A DNA stretch of 64,000 bases from a virus (lineage: Duplodnaviria > Heunggongvirae > Uroviricota > Caudoviricetes), in the IMG/VR virus record IMGVR_UViG_3300032030_000019; one strand, given 5' to 3'. A model generated the notes under the pieces. That model was not told the DNA's origin and searched no databases. It saw only the letters and a list, made by a program, of their open reading frames with translations. The stretch's first letter is position 1; each line of letters starts with the position of its first letter. This document shows positions 37,905 to 48,129 of this stretch, one piece after another. The translations under genes were made by a program, and so were the position numbers.

Positions 37905-37926
37905 TATATATATAAAAGACATAATT

Positions 37927-37996
37927 GGCTCCCAACGTACTCCCTGACGTGACAACGACGCGTGTACGTGGGACAACGTGGGAGCCTTTTGTTTTT
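37927..37996 (+). terminator. Long GC stem-loop with U-tract after the tube gene
   Basis: GGCTCCCAACGT ... ACGTGGGAGCC followed by TTTTGTTTTT. Confidence 0.65.
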
Positions 37997-38068
37997 CGTG
38001 GTATATTATTCAAATGCGGTATATTACTCAAATAATGTTGATTCTACACATAATACGTGGAGGTACGT

Positions 38069-41000
38069 ATGGCAAACTTCCTTACAACAATGTATAACAC
38101 AAATGATCCTAACGTAGAGCCACCATTATTGGAAGAATATGACGCGAAGAAAGTTAAATTACAAACAGACATGAAAGACCCGAAGGCAGTTAAGTTAGAG
38201 AAATATCGTGCGCAACTACTTGAGTTCAACGCAAACCTCAACTTACATGCTAACGAAAGCAAGCCTTCAAACACAGACGTACCCCACGTTGGCGAGACGT
38301 TACCAGGTACGAACGTAAAAACGCCGTTACTTGCATCAGTTCCAAAAGTCGGCCAAACGTTTACAGGTTATAATGGTACGTTAGATAATTATGGCCGAAC
38401 GTTTGAAAAATATACGTCTGAATTTAAAGTACGTACGGCTGACATGAAGGCTAAAGAGCAGGCAAAGTATGATGCCACGCATAAGCCAACGTTTGCTGCC
38501 AACCCTACAACTGACGTAGGCACTGACATTATAATGGCCGACTTTGTGGATTCGGATGAAGGAATACAACAACGTGAGTTACAACAGATTCACGTCAATG
38601 CCCACGAAGAGTTGAAAAACAAGCCAATGCAGGCACCAACGTTAGATACGTCTGTAGAAGACTTGGATCTGACATTTCCACACTCTACGTACATGGAGTC
38701 TACGCCAACACAGGAAAACATTGGCGATTACATCAGTACAACTAATATCGGTACTAAACCTGATGTGACGGAAATAGGCGCTAGCATACGTACGACTAAC
38801 ATTGGTACTAAACCTGACGTTACGGAAATAGGTGAATATGTAAAACCGAATCCATACGTAAACGAATACGAATTTAATACGTATTACAAAGGTTTTACGT
38901 CATTACTAGACATATCTGAATATGAGGCTCTAGACATAAAGAACGAGGATTATGCTTTCTTAGAACGTTATGGGAAATTTGAGGAGTTACGTACACGATT
39001 TGAGGTTGATCCTGAAAAGACTGAAATTGAACCTCACATGTTATACGTTAGCTCTGACGTTCTTACGACTAGCGTAAATGACGAAAAGCTTAATACAGGG
39101 TTCTACGTACAGTATGACGTTAGTCCTACATCCCCGAATAAGTTTAGTGAGCACGTAGACAAAACGTCAGACTCACGTTTAACTGCATCAGGGTATACGA
39201 GAGGTGAATTGAACACACGTCAGCACTTACGTGGGGGCGCTAGTGACGATTGGATTGACACTGAGGATATGGAGTTCTATGGACAAGAAGCTAGGCCTGA
39301 AGATAGAGCTACCGATAGAGAGTTAAAGTTCGAAGCTCGAGAAGCTGAACCTGCAATCCCACGCCATAAGTATACAGGTGAATATAGACTCGACAAGACA
39401 AAGGACTCTAGTAATAGTGCGAAGGTAGCCGAAAGCACCACAGATGATTGGGTTGATACTGATGACATGAAGTTTTATGGTCAGAACAAGAGACCATACA
39501 CAAATCGTAGTCGTATTTTACCTTTTACATCTAGAGAGATTACATCTATAGCACGTCATGCACATACGGGAGTTTATGAATTAACATCTAGACCTATAAT
39601 AGCAACTGTCAATCATTGGCAGGGCTCAAGCTTTAACACGATTGGTACTAAGCCGGAGAATAATCCGTTTTCATTAATCAAGGACACTACGGGTTACGTA
39701 TACAACACTAAAGCTCTAGGTACATTCTACAATCTTTTTGACGCAGCAACAGAAGAGTTGAAAAGCAAATTTGTAGAGCATACAAACAAACCGAACGATG
39801 ATCGAAAGACATTATCAGGACTCCCACGCTGGAAAGCGTTTCAAGAGAAAGCACTCTTATCGGAAGTTGCATCTGACGATTGGATTGACACTAGTGACAT
39901 GGAGTTCTATGGTCAAGGCAAACGGCCTGACTCAAGTAAAAACCGTACACTCGACTTTGATAGAACTAGTGGTATTGTTGACAAGCTCGGCGATAATCGT
40001 TCGAGTCAAAGCAATGGATTTCCACGATTACAAAAAGTACACGAAGACAATTCACGCCCGACGCACTTAAATAACAAGAAACGTGAAGGCAATAAAGTCA
40101 GTACTACGTTTGATACACGTTCGAACGAAGAGCAGGAACATACGCAATGGTACGTTGATCTACGTCATCAGATGGAAACCGACGATATAAAGACGGAAGG
40201 TAAGTACGGGTTTGATAAGTATGTACAAGATTTAGGAACAAATTTACTGAATAACTTCAAACAACCCGCAGCGACAGCCAAAAAGGTTATAGCAGATTGG
40301 ACAGAGCGTCAAACAGAGGGGTGGAAGCAATATCTTGATACCTACATAATGGATCCGACGCATGAATTAACGGAATTAGCAGGAAATGTATTAAGCAACG
40401 CTATAACAACTACGCTTGATCCATCTAACCTATTATTCCCTTTCAAACAGCGATGGGATCCGATCTTACAGACGGCTGTATGGCAGGGGTATAGAGCCAT
40501 ACCTTATCATTGGCTACACATGCCGATATTTAGCCCATCCAATTATAGTAATATTACAATCTCCCCCCTTATAGGTAATTTTATAGCTTCATATGGCACA
40601 AAAGTCGGAACACCTATACAAGGACCAATACAATTCCGAGAGGGAGACGTAGATTTATATTGGAATACGCAGAACACGTCTAGTAGAGCATTAACCGGGA
40701 CCGTAACCTTCGATAAGGTAACCCAAATAGCATTCCATAATACAAGGATAGTTCAAGAATACGGAAGACACAATACAGGTGATACTTCTAGCGCACGTTT
40801 TAAGGGATGGAATTCTATCTCTAAGATAAAACCAAGACAATTCGTTGGTGAAAGTCAAGTGGAGACTCCTGAGTTACTTGATGAAAAAGTGAATTTTGGT
40901 ACTGAATTTTATTGGGACATGCTTTTCAGTTATCCACTAGGGAATGAACAACATCTACCCGCGATGCCTTACAAAGGGTGGATACCTGTGCAAAGTTGGA

Positions 41001-41446
41001 ACATCATAGGTACACAGATGACTTCGACGCAAGTAGATACGTTAGTTGGACAAGTGCAGTTACCTGATTCGTACCAACTACCGACGTCTCTACAGATTGT
41101 CTTACCGGAGACGTCATACTACGATGTTGATACGTGGATGCGAGCATATTTTGCATCTATCTTCTTCTTTGAGAATACGTCAGGAACAACACCAAAATTA
41201 CGTATTTTACCGTACAAAAAACAAACTATGTACATAACGATATATTGGCTGACAGAACAGTGGATGCCCGTACGTAGCAAGACGTATATATGTATACCGG
41301 ATTTTAAGTTTCAGTATAACGGAACGAGCGATAAGTCACTGAAAACGCAAGACATCACGTTTAACATCGTAGGTGTCAAAGGTTATTCCGACGTTAATTA
41401 CGTAACGGCGGGGGGTGCAAGCAAGTCTATACGTATGCTTGAATAA
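38069..41446 (+). CDS. Large protein: repetitive N-terminal region plus C-terminal tube-like (gp54/gp48-type) domain
   Basis: DDWxDTxDMxFYGQ three times; TTNIGTKPDVTEIG twice; C-terminal YWDMLF...LQIVLPET...DITFNIVG. Confidence 0.55.
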   Translation: MANFLTTMYNTNDPNVEPPLLEEYDAKKVKLQTDMKDPKAVKLEKYRAQLLEFNANLNLHANESKPSNTDVPHVGETLPGTNVKTPLLASVPKVGQTFTGYNGTLDNYGRTFEKYTSEFKVRTADMKAKEQAKYDATHKPTFAANPTTDVGTDIIMADFVDSDEGIQQRELQQIHVNAHEELKNKPMQAPTLDTSVEDLDLTFPHSTYMESTPTQENIGDYISTTNIGTKPDVTEIGASIRTTNIGTKPDVTEIGEYVKPNPYVNEYEFNTYYKGFTSLLDISEYEALDIKNEDYAFLERYGKFEELRTRFEVDPEKTEIEPHMLYVSSDVLTTSVNDEKLNTGFYVQYDVSPTSPNKFSEHVDKTSDSRLTASGYTRGELNTRQHLRGGASDDWIDTEDMEFYGQEARPEDRATDRELKFEAREAEPAIPRHKYTGEYRLDKTKDSSNSAKVAESTTDDWVDTDDMKFYGQNKRPYTNRSRILPFTSREITSIARHAHTGVYELTSRPIIATVNHWQGSSFNTIGTKPENNPFSLIKDTTGYVYNTKALGTFYNLFDAATEELKSKFVEHTNKPNDDRKTLSGLPRWKAFQEKALLSEVASDDWIDTSDMEFYGQGKRPDSSKNRTLDFDRTSGIVDKLGDNRSSQSNGFPRLQKVHEDNSRPTHLNNKKREGNKVSTTFDTRSNEEQEHTQWYVDLRHQMETDDIKTEGKYGFDKYVQDLGTNLLNNFKQPAATAKKVIADWTERQTEGWKQYLDTYIMDPTHELTELAGNVLSNAITTTLDPSNLLFPFKQRWDPILQTAVWQGYRAIPYHWLHMPIFSPSNYSNITISPLIGNFIASYGTKVGTPIQGPIQFREGDVDLYWNTQNTSSRALTGTVTFDKVTQIAFHNTRIVQEYGRHNTGDTSSARFKGWNSISKIKPRQFVGESQVETPELLDEKVNFGTEFYWDMLFSYPLGNEQHLPAMPYKGWIPVQSWNIIGTQMTSTQVDTLVGQVQLPDSYQLPTSLQIVLPETSYYDVDTWMRAYFASIFFFENTSGTTPKLRILPYKKQTMYITIYWLTEQWMPVRSKTYICIPDFKFQYNGTSDKSLKTQDITFNIVGVKGYSDVNYVTAGGASKSIRMLE

Positions 41447-41467
41447 GCCGTATGTTAGCACAACGCA

Positions 41468-41500
41468 ATACCCTAACGTTTATACCAAATGTTAGGGTAT
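41468..41500. terminator. Hairpin between genes
   Basis: ATACCCTAACGTTT / AAATGTTAGGGTAT, 14-bp stem with one GU pair. Confidence 0.55.
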
Positions 41501-41523
41501 ATTTAGTATTTTAGGAGATAAGC

Positions 41524-42339
41524 ATGAAACTACTTGTAGAATCGTTACCATCGCAAGGACATTGCAAGTCAAAACAAGATTTCATTACAATCAATCCACT
41601 GACGTATGGCCAATGTGAGCATTACGCATCGGCACATTACACAACGTCTATTGAAAATTTAATATGGGATATAGAATGTATGATACAAAATATACAGGGA
41701 TGGGAAGATCTGTCCATGTATGATCTAACGGCACTCCTTTTTACGTGTCGTTTACTAACAGCTACGTTTGGACCGACGTTAAAGTTAACACGTGGCTCTA
41801 CTGCATATGAAATTAACGTACAGGACATAAGTTTCAAAGACATGCCCAAAGAATTACGCACACTTGACACAATCTCTATTAACGGACAAACGTTCAAGTT
41901 TCGTATTCCAACGTTGTACGAATATTATAAAATACTTAAATACGCAGCCTCCGACGAGAAGAATTTAGAAGATTGGATGCTTGATGTTATTACGTTTGCA
42001 TCATGTTTAGTGCCAATGTCTATGCTAACTATGCAAGAACCTAAGGGCAAAAAGGGTGATACAACACCAAACGTAACTCCTGACGTACTTGCAAACGTAG
42101 ACGCACTTGAAGCATATAAGCAGGCAATAATGTACGTGGAAACGTCAGTGCATGAAGACATTACCGTCATTAAAACAATTCAAGTTATGCTCAAGGATCA
42201 ATTTAATGACGTTACGATCCATGGAGAAGGAGGTGATACCGCAATCAGTCTTTATGGCTTGACTGCGGACATCTTTCGACTTATATGGATCAATGCAGGG
42301 GACATCTCGCACAAAATTACGTTTAAAACAGATATTTAA
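41524..42339 (+). CDS. Tail/baseplate hub assembly chaperone (T4 gp26-like)
   Basis: SLPSQG...ITINPLT N-terminus; directly upstream of the tape measure gene. Confidence 0.55.
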   Translation: MKLLVESLPSQGHCKSKQDFITINPLTYGQCEHYASAHYTTSIENLIWDIECMIQNIQGWEDLSMYDLTALLFTCRLLTATFGPTLKLTRGSTAYEINVQDISFKDMPKELRTLDTISINGQTFKFRIPTLYEYYKILKYAASDEKNLEDWMLDVITFASCLVPMSMLTMQEPKGKKGDTTPNVTPDVLANVDALEAYKQAIMYVETSVHEDITVIKTIQVMLKDQFNDVTIHGEGGDTAISLYGLTADIFRLIWINAGDISHKITFKTDI

Positions 42340-42496
42340 CATAGATATAACCGACATGACTATTGCAGAAATCGATGACCTGCTTGAGACAATAAAAGAG
42401 ATGCAATCAACACCTACGTCAAATGGTAATACGTCCAACTCAAATAACGTACGTCCGGCTGATCTATCGCGTAACATAGCTAACGTAGGTGTATAA
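42293..42496 (+). CDS. Small chaperone-associated ORF (gp51-like, or a frameshift extension)
   Basis: QIFNIDITDMTIAEIDDLLETI; overlaps the previous gene by 47 nt in the +1 frame. Confidence 0.45.
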   Translation: MQGTSRTKLRLKQIFNIDITDMTIAEIDDLLETIKEMQSTPTSNGNTSNSNNVRPADLSRNIANVGV

Positions 42497-42513
42497 GTTG
42501 GGGGGGTAACGTT

Positions 42514-45500
42514 ATGGGTGTAGTTAGTGGTTTCTTTAAAATAGTTTTCAGGTTACCCTCCCTAATTCAGGATGCCATCAAAAATGCGAATGACAAGAAA
42601 CAACAGAAAGAGGCTGATAAGGTAGACAAAAAATTTCAGCGAGACACTCAAAATCTTGATCAGGACAACGATAAAAGCGAACTTGGTGATATTGATGATT
42701 TAGGTAATGAACTCGAACAGATTATTGAAGACGCCATGTCTGAGCATGAAGCAATATCAGCTGAAATGCAAGAGAGTATTAATACGTTACGAGGCTTCGC
42801 TCCTGAACGCATAGATTATCCAAACGACACGCCCGATCTTGTAAAACAATTCACTAATGCCAATGGTGGCAATATGGATGCTGCTACGGCTGCCCTACGA
42901 AATACAGGATACCTCATGCAAGGTCAGCAACAAATTGGACAAACAGTTCAACTGACGGGGCAAGCTGTAGCTAGTATGGCTCAGAACATGGATCAGTCAA
43001 TTCAGACCACCATGGACTTTATGGAAGAAGTACCTGAAACCATACGCGATGTCGCTGAGAACTCACACGCTGAGCTTGAGGAGTTTTTGAAAAAATGGCG
43101 TAGGGGACAGGATCGTCAATTTGCATTCTTAAATGCACTCAAAAGCGTAGCGACATGGCCACTTAGAGCAGGCAAGTTTACTATATCACGAACCGAAGCT
43201 GCAATGATAAGAGCTAAGGTTATACAACAAACACTCGCAGAGATCTTAGGTAAAAGTGCTGCGTTTAAGGTTATATTAAACGAGTTGGCAAAGAAATTCC
43301 CGTTTATTGCTAAACTACAAAAAGGATTCTATAACATAGTGAATTTTATTCCGAATTTAACGGGCTTTCTTACTGACACCTTTAAGGATTTCAAAGCTAA
43401 TTTAAAATATATAGGATTTGAACTCAAAGGGAATCTTTTGAATCTAGGAGATAAGACTGGTTTTGTAAAAAGAGAGACATTATCTCCTGAGGACACTCAT
43501 TTACTAGAAGACTGGGAAGCCATTCATGGTAACAAAAAATTACAAAAACAACGTAGCGAAGTAGCTAAAAAGGGAGCTGGCGCGATTGAACAGCTTCAAA
43601 AATATCATGGCTTTAATTTTACTGAAGAAGAAATTGATGCGATTCGATCTGGTGATTCATCTGTATTCATTGATAAAGTTCGCAAGCAAGCGAAATTAGA
43701 TGATAAGGAATGGAGGCCCTTGTTAGAACTTGAGCAATTGGCTCGGGACTTGGTAGATGAGGACTCTACTTTTAATTACACACTGGGTAAGGATACATCT
43801 AATAATATCTGGGGACGTATTCAAGATTTAATTTATGCTAAGAAATCAACAGGGAAGAATTTACCTGAACTTTATAAAGCTCTCTTGGATGAAATTAGCA
43901 AAGAAAGTCTTAAGGCACATGGAAATCAGAATAAGCTTCAAGCTCTCACGACTATTAATAATCTCATTCAGGGGCTAAATAAAGATAAGTACTTGTCGGG
44001 TCACGGCATGGTAATGGATTACGACTCTATGTCGTCGCAAAGGATACTTGCCGACTATTATGGGGTAGGCGCCCTAACTGATGCTTATCAATACACTTAT
44101 GAAGCTGATAAATTAAAAACACAAATAAATTCTCAAGATAATGAAAAACTTCAGAAGGCGTTAGACAATCAAAACCTAGAATTTGATGAAAACGGTAAAA
44201 TTGTAGTTAAAGATAGAAATAAACTAAGTTGGAACGAACGGCAAGATCAAGCGTATGAACGATCCATAGAAGGCACGGAAGCATTAGGGGGTCTACTAGG
44301 TGCACCTGATAATCGAGGGTCGCGACGTGAAGAATTCATCAACCAAATGATTAGAAAATACCATCTTGATTACCAAAGCGTCAAGAAGGAGTTTGAAAAG
44401 CACCCTGATTGTACCAAAGACCCGAGTAAGGGTGGTAACATAATGTTCTGGGAAAACACCGTAACCGAAGGCAAAACCACCCATACGTATTTCGGTATAC
44501 GCAAGAAGTGGTTCGACGCATGGTGTAAAGCACATCCGGAAGTAGGTTTCAAAGAGTCGCAAAACGACTACATTGATATAAGTGTAGATGTAGGTGGATC
44601 CCACGTAGAGACACGTAATCAAGGGACGAATGCCTATCGTGAGTTTGATGAAAATGGAAATAGTGTTGACGTGGATAAAATAAAACCACAAAACGCGATA
44701 AAACCACAAGGTAAAATCCAAGACGACTCAAACGCAGGCAGTGTAGAACCTACAAAAGCCAATGTGATTCAAGCACCTAAAATCGAAACACCAAAAGAAG
44801 AAGCTGTGGGAAGTGTTAATAATCAACTCCCACCTGAACTCGAAATGCTTGATGCAAAACCTTCGATTAGCAACGACGTAATTGATCCTGTAACAGGGAC
44901 GATGTTGAGAAAAGCCGCAAGCGACTATTATGCTCAAAAACAAAGAGAGCAGACCGAGGCGCTACGACGTCAGGAAAAAGCGCGTGAAGAAGCGTTGTTA
45001 GAAGAAGCCGCGCAAATGACAGGAATGAGCGTAGAAACTATTCGGGCAAACTACAATCGCTTACATAAAAAGCATGGAGTAACACTTGACGAGTATATTC
45101 AAACGATTAAGAATATTAATAATCTTCAAGAAGAAGTGATTACGAAAGGCACACAGAAAGCCGCCGAATTAGACAAGAAACAAACCCAATTAACAAATGA
45201 AATAGAGAAATTCACGCAGGCTCATTCATCTGTCAAAGACGCTGGATCATCGGGAATCAAGAGCTCATGGGATAACATAAAAACAATACTCACTGATGTA
45301 GATCAGCAACATCGAGATATTGTTTGGGATCCTGATTTCGAAGTTAACGACCCAAGTGTTAAGGGTGGGAAGCGAAAAGGTGCGTTTGTTAAAGTGTCTA
45401 AGCGTAGCGCAGAAAAAATACTTATAAATGCTGAGTTTGAAAAACCTGAAATCAAAAGTGCAATCCTCAAAGCCAAAGCAAATCAAGCATGGGAACGTGG

Positions 45501-45747
45501 TGAAGCATATACTCCACAGGATAATAAAGATCTAGAAGAACATGATAAAGAAACAAACCGTCAGATAGCTAAGCTACTACGACAACAGGAACAAACCAAC
45601 AACAGCTTACAGGCTATCGCGGCGTTAATTGAGGCAACAAAGAGTACTCCATCAATAGTTTACAATAACGTAACCCAAGAAGGCAATAATTCACAAAAGG
45701 ATACAGCTCAGCTTCTAGACATCAACCTGGATCAATACGTAAGGTAA
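42514..45747 (+). CDS. Tape measure protein
   Basis: 1077 aa, largely helical, placed after the chaperones and before the baseplate genes. Confidence 0.65.
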   Translation: MGVVSGFFKIVFRLPSLIQDAIKNANDKKQQKEADKVDKKFQRDTQNLDQDNDKSELGDIDDLGNELEQIIEDAMSEHEAISAEMQESINTLRGFAPERIDYPNDTPDLVKQFTNANGGNMDAATAALRNTGYLMQGQQQIGQTVQLTGQAVASMAQNMDQSIQTTMDFMEEVPETIRDVAENSHAELEEFLKKWRRGQDRQFAFLNALKSVATWPLRAGKFTISRTEAAMIRAKVIQQTLAEILGKSAAFKVILNELAKKFPFIAKLQKGFYNIVNFIPNLTGFLTDTFKDFKANLKYIGFELKGNLLNLGDKTGFVKRETLSPEDTHLLEDWEAIHGNKKLQKQRSEVAKKGAGAIEQLQKYHGFNFTEEEIDAIRSGDSSVFIDKVRKQAKLDDKEWRPLLELEQLARDLVDEDSTFNYTLGKDTSNNIWGRIQDLIYAKKSTGKNLPELYKALLDEISKESLKAHGNQNKLQALTTINNLIQGLNKDKYLSGHGMVMDYDSMSSQRILADYYGVGALTDAYQYTYEADKLKTQINSQDNEKLQKALDNQNLEFDENGKIVVKDRNKLSWNERQDQAYERSIEGTEALGGLLGAPDNRGSRREEFINQMIRKYHLDYQSVKKEFEKHPDCTKDPSKGGNIMFWENTVTEGKTTHTYFGIRKKWFDAWCKAHPEVGFKESQNDYIDISVDVGGSHVETRNQGTNAYREFDENGNSVDVDKIKPQNAIKPQGKIQDDSNAGSVEPTKANVIQAPKIETPKEEAVGSVNNQLPPELEMLDAKPSISNDVIDPVTGTMLRKAASDYYAQKQREQTEALRRQEKAREEALLEEAAQMTGMSVETIRANYNRLHKKHGVTLDEYIQTIKNINNLQEEVITKGTQKAAELDKKQTQLTNEIEKFTQAHSSVKDAGSSGIKSSWDNIKTILTDVDQQHRDIVWDPDFEVNDPSVKGGKRKGAFVKVSKRSAEKILINAEFEKPEIKSAILKAKANQAWERGEAYTPQDNKDLEEHDKETNRQIAKLLRQQEQTNNSLQAIAALIEATKSTPSIVYNNVTQEGNNSQKDTAQLLDINLDQYVR

Positions 45748-45760
45748 CGAGGTGATACGT

Positions 45761-46828
45761 ATGGCACTTACGCAAGATATGGAGGATCACTATTACATCG
45801 ACGCGTACAATCTTCTAGACACACCTATACTCCAAAACGGAGGAATGAAAGGGCATCTCGAAGGTACGCAACGTTTATACACGACCGACGAAAATGGTGA
45901 TCTTGATAAATGCATAATGATAGCACCATATATTGAACCAATGCAGTACGTAGGTCGAAACGCATGGTCTGATAGTGGTGGTACGTTCATGGATCAGGTT
46001 ACGCAGGTTTTTCAAGGCGTAATGAGTGGTTTCAATGACTTGTTGCAAAACGCAAAAAGTGACCTGCCACGTATGATGCCTTTCCTACGTGCACTTTTAC
46101 CCAACTCATTCGCAAAAATGGATGACTCACTCAACATTGAGGGTAAGCTTAGAGAATTCTTAAATCAGATCCAAAGTACGGAGTACAAGGCGATAAATAT
46201 AGGTGAATTCAAAAGACAATATCAAGGTTCATCTGTGGAGCCTCCTGTAACATCCCTGTCTGCGCTCTACTTTAGTAATGATGGGGATTTTCAGTGGTTT
46301 AATTCAACGTGGATGAAAGGTAAGGAAGCAACGCCCTTACGTAAGATGTGTGCAGCGTTATTACGTATGCTCGTAGGTGACATAACAGTCTTCAATAAGG
46401 GAGCAGGAGAACAAACTACACAAAGTATAGTTCAATACGCACCTATGGGTATACAGTCACGTCAGTTGGAATTTCAAAAAGCAGGTGTAGGTCAAAAGAA
46501 GACGTTCGATAAGGACGGGAACATGACAAATGGATCTGCGTCAGATATGTACATTGCGAATACGTTTGCCATAGTAACAGGCGACGTAACGCAACGACGT
46601 AGTGCCCCAAAAACGCTCTACAATCTTCTGCCTGAGTCGATTACGATAGCACCATCACGTATGCTAACTCCTGACAATGATTATTATTACGTAAAAATAG
46701 ACGTAACATTTTCACTTGCATCATATATCGGTGCTAAAACAGTTGCCGACTCATGGATTACTTCAGGAAACGGTGTGACTGACTATTCAGAACTATTTCA
46801 AGATAATACATGGACTGATAAAACGTAA
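45761..46828 (+). CDS. Baseplate/tube-initiator protein
   Basis: Position after the tape measure; C-terminal PESITIAPS...YVKIDVTFS. Confidence 0.45.
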   Translation: MALTQDMEDHYYIDAYNLLDTPILQNGGMKGHLEGTQRLYTTDENGDLDKCIMIAPYIEPMQYVGRNAWSDSGGTFMDQVTQVFQGVMSGFNDLLQNAKSDLPRMMPFLRALLPNSFAKMDDSLNIEGKLREFLNQIQSTEYKAINIGEFKRQYQGSSVEPPVTSLSALYFSNDGDFQWFNSTWMKGKEATPLRKMCAALLRMLVGDITVFNKGAGEQTTQSIVQYAPMGIQSRQLEFQKAGVGQKKTFDKDGNMTNGSASDMYIANTFAIVTGDVTQRRSAPKTLYNLLPESITIAPSRMLTPDNDYYYVKIDVTFSLASYIGAKTVADSWITSGNGVTDYSELFQDNTWTDKT

Positions 46829-46850
46829 AGCACATCGAGAGGGTTGACGT

Positions 46851-47150
46851 ATGTACAAATTAAGTAAAACGAATCTAGGATTTGATCCGATATTGACTAT
46901 AGAAGACAATGATATATATAATTCAAAGTTCCTCTATGACATGGATAATACGCAGCCCGACAGTGTACATAAAAACCGTTTGTATATCGGACGTTTGGAC
47001 CTCGTAGCTGATGAGATATATCCGACACATAAGGATGCTAACTACGGGGTACTTGCGTTGTATAACAGGTATTTTCAGGAAGACGATACGAAGTATGATA
47101 ATGTAAACGTACTTAACGACATGACCATACGTATGCTGAGATTAGGATAA
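46851..47150 (+). CDS. LysM-like baseplate wedge protein (gp53/gpX-like)
   Basis: GRLDLVADEIY...YGVLALYN. Confidence 0.65.
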   Translation: MYKLSKTNLGFDPILTIEDNDIYNSKFLYDMDNTQPDSVHKNRLYIGRLDLVADEIYPTHKDANYGVLALYNRYFQEDDTKYDNVNVLNDMTIRMLRLG

Positions 47151-47163
47151 CGAGGGTACAAAC

Positions 47164-48120
47164 ATGAGTGACAAACGTGAGTCTTTTGTTACGCCTAATT
47201 ATTCAATCAAGATTACGAATAAAGGTCAGGGGATTATGATACCTGATAGTGTGGTTACGAAATTAGTCATACTCGAAGGTATCAATAAAATCCCACAAAT
47301 ACAATTATACATTAAGACTGCGTTTGCTTCACAGATGGTACTGCTTGATGATCTAGACGTCACTATTGAAAACGAAGACGCATATAAGATTGAGTTTACG
47401 TTTGGTGTATTCAGAGCTAAACCGTTTGCCGAAAACATCCTATATGAAGGTTACATGTGCGAACGTGCGTTTTTCATGGAGCCCGGTAGTGAGTACTTAG
47501 GCGACACGTTAAGCGACGCAATAAATACGTTGGGCTTACGTGATAGGGTCGACGGCGTAGATAGCGTAGAGGGTGGGTATTGGCGATTAAATGAAACACG
47601 TATGGAGTCATTCAATAAGCTCATGCGTGGTGCAAAGGAAAATTCCGTATGGGTTGTTAATACCGAAGAAGTAAAAGTTTTAGACTTAAGTCAAGAACCA
47701 ATGAATGCTGAGGACTATTGGCCGCCATCATACACGGAATACATTGCCTATACGAACAGGTTTACGAGCGAGGATATATACAATCTATATTACGATGAAG
47801 ATCACGAAGAAAATACGATGTACAATGCCGTATGGAACTCAATGTCATACATAGGGTTTGATCATAAGGATTTTACACAGAACGTGATCTCATCTATGAA
47901 GTACGAATTCCCGATGGAACAGCTATTCAAGTTACATTATGACAGTCAGATACTCACGTATGATGTTGGGGCTGTGATGAAAATGGAGATGGATGAGTTC
48001 ACTACTGAAAACATGTATCTTGTGTCTAAGGTTTCATCTTTCAATACAGAGAATATAGAAACAGTTGCATATTTCAGTTTAGGAAAAGAATATGAGCCAC
48101 CCAAAGGCAGTGGCATGTAG
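47164..48120 (+). CDS. Baseplate hub protein (gp27-like)
   Basis: Size and synteny (LysM, hub, spike); ILEGINKIPQIQL. Confidence 0.55.
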   Translation: MSDKRESFVTPNYSIKITNKGQGIMIPDSVVTKLVILEGINKIPQIQLYIKTAFASQMVLLDDLDVTIENEDAYKIEFTFGVFRAKPFAENILYEGYMCERAFFMEPGSEYLGDTLSDAINTLGLRDRVDGVDSVEGGYWRLNETRMESFNKLMRGAKENSVWVVNTEEVKVLDLSQEPMNAEDYWPPSYTEYIAYTNRFTSEDIYNLYYDEDHEENTMYNAVWNSMSYIGFDHKDFTQNVISSMKYEFPMEQLFKLHYDSQILTYDVGAVMKMEMDEFTTENMYLVSKVSSFNTENIETVAYFSLGKEYEPPKGSGM

Positions 48121-48129
48121 GAGTAAGTC

